Shown one piece after another: positions 1-8,866 of a DNA stretch of 64,000 nucleotides. Both the position numbers and the translations under genes were made by a program. Each line of letters starts with the position of its first letter. The stretch's first letter is position 1. The notes beneath the pieces were generated by a model. The model was not told where the DNA came from. It was given only the letters and a program-made list of their open reading frames with translations, and did not search any database. The DNA comes from an uncultured Gemmatimonadales bacterium (GTDB lineage Bacteria; Gemmatimonadota; Gemmatimonadetes; Longimicrobiales; RSA9), in NCBI GenBank assembly GCA_963798085.1, contig CAWCRS010000007.1, positions 512,001 through 576,000 of the forward strand. Reading direction: 5' to 3'.

Positions 1-827
1 AAGCTCGACGTCACGTTCTGCATCACGGCCGAAACCGTCCAGCCGCCGGATGCGAGTGAAGCGCCCACGTCCACGCCAATGCCGTGGCCGTTGTCCATGC
101 TGTAGGCGCCACCCTCCACCGCGGTGTGCACCAGCGGGAAGCTCAGGTCGACCGACACGGGATTCGCCGTGGCCAGGCCATTCGAGTTCTCACCCATCGC
201 CAGGCCGTGCCCCACCACGTACTTCACCGTGACGCCCAGCGAGAAGCGCCCGCCAGCCAATGCAAATGGCTGTGCGAGGCTGGCAGCCACCGTGCTCCAT
301 GCGACGGCGTTCACATCCGAGCCCGACAGATTCAGGTCGGTCGCCTGACCATCCTCGCCCACGTTGCCGAAGAGGATCAGCTCGGCGACACCGGGCGATA
401 CGTCCACCAGCGCGCGTGCTTCGCTCAATGCCTGCAGGGCCAGGCGGCCAAGGCGGAGTCCCAGCCACGTGACTTCGCCACCGCCCGTGCCGTTCTGCCC
501 GCCCTGCGAAACGATACGACCGAGCCAGTCACGCTTCACGCCATCCGGCACGAGCGCGTTCGAATACTGCGAGATGTTGCCCAGCGTGACTGGACCCAGG
601 CCACTCGTGCCGCGCACCGTCAGCGCAACGAAAGAGGGGCCGCCCGGGAAACCCAGCGCCGCCGGATTCCAGGCCACGGCATCAAGGCCGCGTGCCACTG
701 CCGTGTAGTTGTCCGCCATGCCCAGCGCCGCCGTGCTCGCGCTGGCTACCTGGGCCCGTGCCGGTGCCACGGCCAGCGCCGCGCTCAATGCGCCCCACGT
801 CAGGACGCCCATTGTTGTCTTCGTCAT
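1..827 (-). CDS. Outer-membrane beta-barrel protein, FadL/PorV/TraF-like (runs off window edge)
   Basis: Not in the ORF track; hand translation from ATG 827 gives MTKTTMGVLTWGALSAALAVAPARA|QVASASTAALGMADNYTAVARGLDAVAWNPAALG. This is a signal peptide plus a GM...A.WNPA.L motif typical of FadL/PorV/TraF-type barrels. The frame stays open to position 1. Confidence 0.65.
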   Translation of the reverse strand, partial: MTKTTMGVLTWGALSAALAVAPARAQVASASTAALGMADNYTAVARGLDAVAWNPAALGFPGGPSFVALTVRGTSGLGPVTLGNISQYSNALVPDGVKRDWLGRIVSQGGQNGTGGGEVTWLGLRLGRLALQALSEARALVDVSPGVAELILFGNVGEDGQATDLNLSGSDVNAVAWSTVAASLAQPFALAGGRFSLGVTVKYVVGHGLAMGENSNGLATANPVSVDLSFPLVHTAVEGGAYSMDNGHGIGVDVGASLASGGWTVSAVMQNVTSS

Positions 828-831
828 GACC

Positions 832-1401
832 TCAGCCCTCCCCTCCCAGTTGCACCACCACCTCGAGATCGTTGTCCAGCGTCACCATCGGCCAGGGCGG
901 CAGCTCGAAACCGCAGCCACTGGCCTTGCACAGCGTCCCCGACGCTTCGATCTGCACCTGCGCGCCCATCAGCGCGCGCACCTGCTCCTGCGTCAGTGGA
1001 ATCCGCTGATTCGGACCACCGGCAATGTTCACCGAGCCGGTCACCGTCACGCCGCCGCCCGTCAGCTTTACCGTCAGTGTGCCGGTGGCGCCGCTCGGGT
1101 TCCGTGGCGTTACCCGGATTGCGGCCTCCATCACCCGGTCGGCTACATCGATATCCGAGAAATCCTGCGACGCCGTGGCCGAGGCCGTAACGCCGGATAC
1201 GGGCAGCTGCACGCTCTCCACGGGGAAGAGGAACGTCGAATCCACCCTCGGCAGACCGGTCGGTACGTCACAGCCCGCCAATCCCGCAACGAACAAGAAA
1301 CCCACGGCCGCGGAATGCCGTATCGACAGGCGTCGACCGGCACGCGCGAGCCAACTGCCCCGCTGCACGACGATTCCGGATCCTGCGTGTGCTTCGCTCA
1401 T
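832..1401 (-). CDS. Hypothetical lipoprotein
   Basis: Hydrophobic stretch followed by lipobox LAGC, then a beta-rich body. Stop is 4 nt from the barrel gene start. Start codon uncertain. Confidence 0.7.
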   Translation of the reverse strand: MSEAHAGSGIVVQRGSWLARAGRRLSIRHSAAVGFLFVAGLAGCDVPTGLPRVDSTFLFPVESVQLPVSGVTASATASQDFSDIDVADRVMEAAIRVTPRNPSGATGTLTVKLTGGGVTVTGSVNIAGGPNQRIPLTQEQVRALMGAQVQIEASGTLCKASGCGFELPPWPMVTLDNDLEVVVQLGGEG

Positions 1402-1469
1402 CGTCTGCCATCCACTCGTGTGTCCGGGACTTCCCGAGAGGCCGGGCAGACACATTTGCCGGGCCCGGG

Positions 1470-1596
1470 TGTTCACTACCGGGAATGCCTCTCCCAATAT
1501 CGACCAGAAGGGGCTCGGACTTGAGGAGAAAGATGACACGTAAATACAATTCAATAAACGACTTACGCCAGTTCCTAAAGATGGCATGCGGCTTCC
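1470..1596 (+). promoter_or_regulatory. Putative sigma54 promoter of the tolC operon: enhancer 1470-1502, IHF-like site 1553-1565, -24/-12 box 1582-1596
   Basis: TGTTC-N5-CGGGA-N7-TCCC-N5-CG, then AATAAA-CGAC-TTA, then TGGCATGCGGCTTCC. The same architecture and spacing recur at 13376-13503. Confidence 0.65.
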
Positions 1597-1709
1597 CTTC
1601 ACAAGGATATGGGGGCCGCGCTGAAAAGGGTGGTGTGGAGGGGGCTGATGGGTGGCCCGGAACGGGTAGTATCGAGCCTGACGACCGGAACATGAGAAGG
1701 AGTTCGCGC

Positions 1710-3314
1710 ATGCGTGAGCGCGTTACGATGGGAGGACCAGGGAAGGTCACGGCGAGGAGAAGTTTCGGGTCGCTGAAGAGCGCAGGCGGCATCGTCGCCT
1801 GCATCCTGCTGATTCCGGGGCTGGCGGCGGCGCAGCAGCAGCCGCCCGCGACGCTCACGGTACAGGAAGCGATCGATCTGGCGCGGAAGAACAACCCGCT
1901 GTACAGGCAGACGGTGAATGATGCCGGGGATGCGGACTGGAGCGTACGGGAAGCGTATGCCAACTTCATCCCCACGCTGCAGATCCAGAATGGCTTCGGC
2001 TACCAGGCGGCGGGCAATGCGCGGGTCGGCGGCATCAGCGCGTCCGACCTTGGCCTCGCCTCCCAACGGCCTGCGATCTATTCCTCCAGCTATGGCATTT
2101 CCGGCGGCATGCAGCTTTCCGGTGCCACGTTCTTCGGGGCTGCGCAGGCGAAGGCGAACCAGAAGGCAACGGATGCACGCATCCAGGCGGCGGCCTTCGA
2201 CCTGTCCAGCAACGTCACGGCCCAGTACCTCGCCGCGCTGCGCGCGCGCGATGGCGTCGCCATTGCACAGACGGCGCTGGATGTAGCGAACGAATCGTTC
2301 CGGCTGGTGGACGCGCAGAACCGCGTAGGTGCTTCGACGCGTCTCGACGTCGCATCCGCCGAAGTGACGAGGGGGCGTGCCGAGGTTGCGCTCATTCAGG
2401 CGAAGAACCTGTACGACACCGAGAAGCTGCGCCTGATGCAGCAGATCGGCGTCGAGTTGAATCGCGACGTCGACCTGACCAGCACATTCGAGGTATTCGA
2501 GCCGCAGTGGACGGTCGAGGAGTTGACGACGCGGGCGCTGCGCGAGCATCCGCAGGTCGTGGCGGCGCGCCGCAACGAGTCGGCGGCGAATGCGGCGACC
2601 AGGGCGAGGTGGAGCCAGTACCTGCCGTCGCTGTCGCTGAATGCGACGCTGTTGTCCGGGTACGTCAGCAAACAGGGCAACGATGCGTACGTGCTGGCGT
2701 CGGCCAAGGCCAAGGCGCAGTCCAGCGTGGACAACTGCGAGTCGTCGAACCTGCTGAACGCGCACCTGGTGACACCGCTGCCCGGTTATCCCAGGGACTG
2801 CAGTACGTTCGCGTACACAGACGCGCAGGGAAACTCGGCGCTGGCTGCTAACAATCTGTTTCCCTTCAACTACACGAAGAGCCCCGCCTCCGTCTCGCTG
2901 TTCATTTCTCTGCCCATTTTCGATGGATTCACGCGGGAGCGGCAGCTGGACCAGGCGAAGGCCGCTGCGGAGGATGCGCGGTATGCGCGGCGCGCGGAGG
3001 AGCTGAACCGCAGCACCATGGTCGCGCAGAACCTGCTGGCGCTGAACGCGGCGTACCAGTCGGTGCAGATCGAAGAGAAGAACGCCGCGACGGCGGCGGA
3101 GCAGCTGCACCTGGCGCAGGAGAAGTATCGTCTGGGTGCAGGAAATGTGATCGAGCTGACGCAGGCGCAGGACACCAAGGCCAAAGCCGATCAATCGCGG
3201 CTGGGCGCCATTTATCAGTTCCACCAGTCACTGGCCGCACTCGAGGCGGCGGTGGGCGAACCATTGCGCAACACGCGGCAGGGTGACGACGACGCGCCTG
3301 CCCGGGAGAAATAA
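1710..3314 (+). CDS. TolC family outer-membrane efflux protein
   Basis: AGGAG before ATG 1710; signal peptide; LTVQEAIDLARKNNP, SLPIFDG and YRLGAGNVIELTQAQ outer-membrane efflux repeat motifs. Confidence 0.92.
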   Translation: MRERVTMGGPGKVTARRSFGSLKSAGGIVACILLIPGLAAAQQQPPATLTVQEAIDLARKNNPLYRQTVNDAGDADWSVREAYANFIPTLQIQNGFGYQAAGNARVGGISASDLGLASQRPAIYSSSYGISGGMQLSGATFFGAAQAKANQKATDARIQAAAFDLSSNVTAQYLAALRARDGVAIAQTALDVANESFRLVDAQNRVGASTRLDVASAEVTRGRAEVALIQAKNLYDTEKLRLMQQIGVELNRDVDLTSTFEVFEPQWTVEELTTRALREHPQVVAARRNESAANAATRARWSQYLPSLSLNATLLSGYVSKQGNDAYVLASAKAKAQSSVDNCESSNLLNAHLVTPLPGYPRDCSTFAYTDAQGNSALAANNLFPFNYTKSPASVSLFISLPIFDGFTRERQLDQAKAAAEDARYARRAEELNRSTMVAQNLLALNAAYQSVQIEEKNAATAAEQLHLAQEKYRLGAGNVIELTQAQDTKAKADQSRLGAIYQFHQSLAALEAAVGEPLRNTRQGDDDAPAREK

Positions 3315-3316
3315 AC

Positions 3317-4573
3317 ATGGACAAGCCGCGCGCCAACCCGCCCAAGAAGCGCGGGAAGCTCTACATAGCTCTGGGGATCGTGGGTGCCGTGGCCATCACG
3401 CTGGGTCTCTCGCGGCTCAAGCCGGCGCCGCCCAGCGTGGACGCAGAACTGGCCTGGCGCGACACCGTGGAAATGGGACCCATGGTGAAGCAGGTGCGCG
3501 GTCCCGGCACACTGGTTCCGGAGCATATCCAGATCATCTCCGCGCTGACCAGCGGCCGCGTCGAGGAAAAGATCATCCAGCCGGGCCAGCGGGTAGAACC
3601 GAACACGGTGTTGCTGCGCCTGAGCAATCCCGACGAGCAGCTGCAGCTCCTGAACGAGCAGCGCCAGCTGGGTGACGCGCGCGCCAACCTCGTGAGCCTC
3701 ACTTCCAACCTGGAATCGCAGCGGCTCACGCAGTCCGCCGCGGTGTCCACGCTGGAGAGCCAGTTCAAGGACGCCGCGCGCACCGATTCGGTGGACGAGG
3801 AGCTGAATGCCAAGAACCTGATCAACCGCAACCAGTACCTGGCGGACAAGAACAACCTGCACACGCTGAAGGAGCGCCTGGAATACGCGCAGAAGCAGCT
3901 GGAGGTAATGTCCAACTCCGTCGCGTCACAACTGGGCGCGCAGGAAGACCAGGTGAAGCAGCTGGAAAAGATCGTCCAGTTCCGGGAAGAGCGCATTGCT
4001 TCCATGCAGGTGCGGGCGAACGCCTCCGGTGTGCTGCAGCGACTGGGCGCCAACAACGACCTGGAGACGGGCCAGTACGTGCTTGCCGGTTCCGAGATCG
4101 CGCGCGTGGTGCAGCCGGGCAAGCTGAAGGCCGTGCTGCGCATTCCTGAAACCCAGGTGGTCGATGTCGCGTTAGGTCAGGAAGTCGAAATCGACACGCG
4201 CAATGGAATCGTGATCGGCAAGGTCATGCGGATCGATCCGGCCTCGTCCGCCGGAACCGTGGGTGTGGATGTGTCGCTGCCCGACAGTCTGCCCAGCAGC
4301 GCCCGCCCCGACCTGAACGTGGATGGCCGCATTATTGTCGACCGGCTGCCCAACGTGCTGCACGTGCAGCGCCAGCAGTACGCGAACCAGAACTCGTCGA
4401 TCGGACTCTTCCGCATGGAGCCGGACGGCAAGAACGCCAGCCGCGTGACCGTGCAGATCGGCGCCGTATCCGTGAACGAAATGGAGATCAAGGGCGGCCT
4501 CAAGGCCGGCAATGTCGTGATTCTCTCGGATATGTCGCAGTGGGATAGTTACGACAGGATACGCTTGCGGTAG
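3317..4573 (+). CDS. Periplasmic adaptor subunit (MacA/HlyD family)
   Basis: N-terminal TM, VRGPGTLVP, lipoyl halves around a coiled hairpin; starts 2 nt after tolC. Confidence 0.92.
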   Translation: MDKPRANPPKKRGKLYIALGIVGAVAITLGLSRLKPAPPSVDAELAWRDTVEMGPMVKQVRGPGTLVPEHIQIISALTSGRVEEKIIQPGQRVEPNTVLLRLSNPDEQLQLLNEQRQLGDARANLVSLTSNLESQRLTQSAAVSTLESQFKDAARTDSVDEELNAKNLINRNQYLADKNNLHTLKERLEYAQKQLEVMSNSVASQLGAQEDQVKQLEKIVQFREERIASMQVRANASGVLQRLGANNDLETGQYVLAGSEIARVVQPGKLKAVLRIPETQVVDVALGQEVEIDTRNGIVIGKVMRIDPASSAGTVGVDVSLPDSLPSSARPDLNVDGRIIVDRLPNVLHVQRQQYANQNSSIGLFRMEPDGKNASRVTVQIGAVSVNEMEIKGGLKAGNVVILSDMSQWDSYDRIRLR

Positions 4574-4595
4574 CGCCGTGGAGAATCTGTAGAAG

Positions 4596-4700
4596 CGTTT
4601 CTGGGGCTGGGGCTCGGGCTGGGGCTGGGAACGGATGGAGCGGCAATGCGGCCCCATCTACCCCCAACCCCTCCCAGCGCGAGCCCGAGCCCGAGAAACG
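4596..4700. repeat. Imperfect 29-bp inverted repeat built from GGGCT(C/G) hexamers
   Basis: 4596-4624 matches the reverse complement of 4672-4700 at 25/29. Related single arms at 23490-23529 and 46843-46866. Confidence 0.8.
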
Positions 4701-4796
4701 CCGTTCATGATTCCGTTCAGCAACGATGCGGAGTTTCCAGAAGTCTAAACAGAGTCGAATTCCCAGGCAGCATTGACCCGGAACCCGGAGCCAACG

Positions 4797-5531
4797 ATGG
4801 AGCCCCTGATCCAGCTCAACGGTGTCAGCAAGGTGTTCTACACGGACGAGGTGGAGACGCACGCGCTGTCCACGATCCACCTCAAGATCGACCGTGGTGA
4901 GTACGTTGCCATCGCGGGCCCGTCGGGCTGCGGCAAGACCACGCTGCTCTCGCTGCTGGGTCTGCTGGATTCGCCCACCGAGGGCCAGTATCTGCTGGAC
5001 AACAAGGACGTCTCTTCGCTGTCCGCATCGGAGCGGGCGCGCGTCCGCAACCGCGAGATCGGGTTCATCTTCCAGGCGTTCAACCTGATCGGTGACCTGA
5101 CCGTGTTCGAGAACGTCGAGCTGCCGCTCACCTACCGCGGCATGCCGTCCTCGGAGCGCAAGGAACGCGTCATGGCGGCGCTCGAACGCGTGGGCATGGC
5201 GCACCGCACGAAGCACTATCCGTCGCAGCTCTCGGGCGGTCAGCAGCAGCGCGTGGCTGTCGCGCGCGCCATCGTCGGCAAGCCGCTGATCCTGCTCGCG
5301 GACGAGCCCACCGGAAACCTCGATTCGAAGAACGGTGAGGCCGTGATGGACCTGCTCAAGGAGCTGCACGGCGACGGCGCTACCATCTGCATGGTGACAC
5401 ACGATCCGCGCTACGCACGCTACGCCGAACGCACCATCCACCTTTTCGACGGCCAGGTGGTGCGCGACGAAGCCACAACGCAGGCGCACGAACTGGAAGA
5501 GAGCGGCTTCGAGCTGCATCAGGGGCAGTAG
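4797..5531 (+). CDS. ABC transporter ATP-binding protein (MacB/LolD family)
   Basis: GGAG before ATG 4797; Walker A GPSGCGKT, LSGGQQQR, LADEPTGNLD, VTHD. Confidence 0.96.
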   Translation: MEPLIQLNGVSKVFYTDEVETHALSTIHLKIDRGEYVAIAGPSGCGKTTLLSLLGLLDSPTEGQYLLDNKDVSSLSASERARVRNREIGFIFQAFNLIGDLTVFENVELPLTYRGMPSSERKERVMAALERVGMAHRTKHYPSQLSGGQQQRVAVARAIVGKPLILLADEPTGNLDSKNGEAVMDLLKELHGDGATICMVTHDPRYARYAERTIHLFDGQVVRDEATTQAHELEESGFELHQGQ

Positions 5532-5762
5532 CCGCTGCGCGGAACGACGGCCGCCTGCGTCGCGAGCGCGACGCGTCGTTTTCCTGAGTGGCGGATCGGT
5601 TGAAGCAAAACGGGACGTCGCTGCGTAGTGGTTGCAGTCGGGATGCAGCAGACCTGATAACATGCTGTATGCAGCAGGCAACCCGACGGAGCCGCAAGGC
5701 GTCAAACAGATAGTCAGGTTCAACGAAGTAAGAGCCCGGGTCGCCAGACCTGAGCTTCCCCC

Positions 5763-5803
5763 GGGCGGGCGTCGGTTGCGCGCTGTTGTTCCGACGCCCG
5801 CCC
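5763..5803. terminator. 13-bp perfect stem-loop, possible terminator
   Basis: GGGCGGGCGTCGG-N15-CCGACGCCCGCCC downstream of the ATPase gene; no adjacent U-tract. Confidence 0.45.
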
Positions 5804-5842
5804 ACCCCTCCTCCAGCGTGAGGTTTTTCGCGCTGGCTGTTT

Positions 5843-5871
5843 TTGTGTCGTTGATTTCTACATTGTAGAAT
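5843..5871 (+). promoter_or_regulatory. Sigma70-like promoter overlapped by a perfect palindromic operator (putative PadR site)
   Basis: TTGTGT-N17-TAGAAT; TTCTACA-T-TGTAGAA at 5856-5870. ATG 5880 follows the -10 by 8 nt with no SD, so the mRNA is probably leaderless. Confidence 0.7.
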
Positions 5872-5879
5872 GGAACGCC

Positions 5880-8505
5880 ATGAAACACACAAGAGCACCG
5901 CGCACACCGCTGCATCTGCTGCGACTGCTGCTCCCCCTGGCCGAGCGCGACGAGGTGTGCGCGGACCTGGAGCGGGAATACGCGCGGCGACTGCACCGCC
6001 AGGGTCGCCGGCGGGCGGATTTCTGGCTATGGCGTCAGGCGCTGCGGTCCTCGCCTGCGCTGCTGCGCCGCAGCTGGTGGCGGGGGAAGACGGGATTCGA
6101 ACCGGAAGCGAATCGCCTGAGAACGGGAGGCCCCATGCTGGAGAGCTGGGTCATGGATGTTCGCTATTCGGTGCGGCGCCTTGCGAGACGACCGCTCTAC
6201 GCGCTGCTGGCAGTGCTCACGCTGTCGCTGGGCGTGGGTGGCGCGGGCGCAATTTTCACGATCGTGCGCTCGCTGCTGCTGGACCCGCTGCCGGTCGCCG
6301 CGGAACGCGACCTGGCGGTGTTCTGGAATGGCGGCGACTGGTCGGAGCAGGAATTCCTCTCCTTGCGTGGTCAGTTCGCAGGCTTTCGCCAGGTAGCGGC
6401 ATTCCGCCACGCAGGTGTGACGCTGGAGGCGCCGGGTGCGTCGCCTCGCCTGGTGGAAGGCGTGGCGTCGTCGTCGGAATTTTTCGATGTCCTGGGCACG
6501 CCTCCACTGCTTGGTCGCACGCTGCGCGCGGGCGATGATGCCGTGGGGGCGGCGCCCATCGCAGTGATCGGCTGGGGCCTGTGGCAGCAGCTGGGTGGCA
6601 ACGCCTCGATCATCGGCTCGCAGCTGATGATGAACGGGAGTGGGCACACGATCGTGGGCGTCATGCCGCGCGCCTTCTGGTTTCCCGATCCGTCTGTGCG
6701 CATTCTGGCTGCCGCAGCCGTTGCACCCGGAGTCGAGAACTGGCAACTACGCGCTGATCGGGCGCATGGATCCGGGGCTGACGATTGCCGGCATGAATGC
6801 GCCGCTGGCGCGCATCACGTCGTTCCTGGCAGCGCATTACACGTATCCGGCGCAATGGGACAAGACGAAGAACGCGACGCTGATTCCGGTCCGCGACTTT
6901 GTTGCCGGGCCGGTGCGTCCCGCGCTGCTCGCGACACTGGCCGCCATGGCGGCGATCCTGCTGATGGCGTGCGCGAACGTGGCGGCGCTGATGCTGGGCC
7001 AGGTGGATGGCCGAGGCGAGGAGATGGCGTTGCGCACCGCACTGGGCGCCGGCCGGCTGCGGTTGCTGCAGCAGCTGGGCGCGGAGGCGCTGCTGGTGGG
7101 GCTCATGTCGGGCGTCGCCGGCGCGGGCGTGGCGCTTACTGCATTCCCGATGCTGGTGCACACGCTGCCGCTGGGTGCACTGGCGGAAACCGCGCGCGCG
7201 GGCTGGCCCGTGATGCTCATGGCGATGGTGATCGCGCTGGCCGGTGCGTTGCTGGTGGCCGCTGTTCCTGTGTTCGCGCTATGGCGGAGTGACCTGCGTG
7301 ACGCCATCGGAACCGCGCGCACGACCGGGCTCAGCCAGGGCGGGCGCCTGGAGAGCGGTCTCGTCGTGCTCGAGGTGGCGCTCGCCGTGCTGATGGCGTC
7401 GGGCGCGGCCCTGCTGATTCGCAGCGTCGACAAGCTGGGTGCGATCGATCCCGGCATCGACGCGGGTGGTGTCGGCGTGATCGACATGGCGCTGCCCGCG
7501 AATCTGGCTCCACCCGACCGCAGGCGACTGCTGGCCGAGGTCGTGCCCGGTCTCGCGGCGCTGCCCGGTGTACGCAGCGCGGCGGCCACATCGAAGCTGC
7601 CGCTGCGCGGGACCGGCGACAACTGGGGCATCGTGCTGGTGGCGAAGCCGGAGCTGCCCATGACCACGACTGCCTTCCGTGTGATAACACCGGATTACTT
7701 CCGGGTCCTGGGAATGGCGCTGAAGCGAGGCCGGCTGTTCGAGGAAGCGGACCGGGCGGCCCCGGCACCCGTCGTCGTCATCAATGAAGCGCTGGCGCGG
7801 AAGTATTTCGCGGGCGGGGACCCGATCGGCCAGCAGATCGGCGGGGCCGGGCCCCGCCCTGCCACGATCGTAGGCGTTGTCGCGGACGCGGCGGAAGCGC
7901 GTCTCACGGATGCCGCCGTGCCTGCGCGCTACATGCTGTACGAGCACGCTCCCTATGCGCCGGCGGGGAATGCGCTGGTGCTGAAGCTGCAGCGCGTGAG
8001 TGACATGGGTCCCGCGCTCGCAGCGGCGCGCGCCCTGATCGAGAAGACCATCCCGGGAGCGGCGGTGCAGACGACGACCAGCCTGCAGCAGGTGCTCGCG
8101 GAGAGCATGGGGCCGGCGCGGCAGACGCGTTCCCTGCTGGCACTGCTGGCGGGACTGGCGCTGGTGCTGGGCGCGGTGGGCGTATACGGCGTCACGGCGC
8201 ACGCGGTGTCCCGCCGGCAGCGTGAGATCGGCATTCGCCTGGCGCTGGGCATGCGGCGCTCACGGGTGGTCGGCCGCATCCTGGTCCGAGGCGGCATGCT
8301 GATCGGCGCGGGCATTGCTGCGGGCGTCCTCGCTTCGCTGTTCGTGACGCGCGTCGTGGCCTCGCTGTTGTACGGCGTGGCGGTGAACGATCCGGTCGCG
8401 CTGCTGGGGGCGACGGCGACTCTGCTGGCGGCGGGACTCGCGGCAACGGCAATTCCCGCGTGGCGGGCGAGCCGCTTCGATCCCGCGGTCGTGCTGCACG
8501 AGTGA
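5880..8505 (+). CDS. ADOP/MacB-type duplicated ABC permease with prefix-domain-2-like N-terminus; +1 frameshift near 6702-6705
   Basis: ORF 5880-7292 matches the family up to FPDPSVR; the +1 frame continues WLPQPLHPE...MACANVA...RREIGIRLALG...DPAVVLHE. Removing one base joins them. Confidence 0.88.
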
Positions 8506-8533
8506 CTAACGATGTGTTTGAGGAGTGCGAAAC

Positions 8534-8866
8534 ATGGGCGCGGGGCCGCTGGGCAATTTCGAGGAACAGGTGCTGATCGCGGTGCTGCGAACGGCGGGCG
8601 AGGCGTTCGGCATGAATGTGCGTCGCGAGATCGAGAGTGTGACCGGGCGTGACGCCGCGATCGGAGCCGTCTACGCCACGCTGGACCGGCTCGAGGCGAA
8701 GGGTCTCGTAACGTCGGCACGGCGCATGCTGGACAACCAGTCGCGGCGTGTGTTCACCGTCCGGCATGCCGGTCTGGTGCAACTGGCGGAAACGCAGGCC
8801 ATGCGCGACCGTCTGTGGCGGGATGTCGACCTGGCGCGTCTGCTGAAGGGTAATCGGCCGCCATGA
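8534..8866 (+). CDS. PadR family transcriptional regulator (LGxFE class)
   Basis: AGGAG RBS; LGNFEEQVLIAVL, GAVYATLDRLEAKGLV, RRVFTV winged helix. Confidence 0.9.
   Translation: MGAGPLGNFEEQVLIAVLRTAGEAFGMNVRREIESVTGRDAAIGAVYATLDRLEAKGLVTSARRMLDNQSRRVFTVRHAGLVQLAETQAMRDRLWRDVDLARLLKGNRPP

Noticed and set aside
5650..5690. Hammerhead ribozyme (CTGATAA plus a hairpin)
   Set aside because: The core needs CUGAnGA and GAAA; neither matches.
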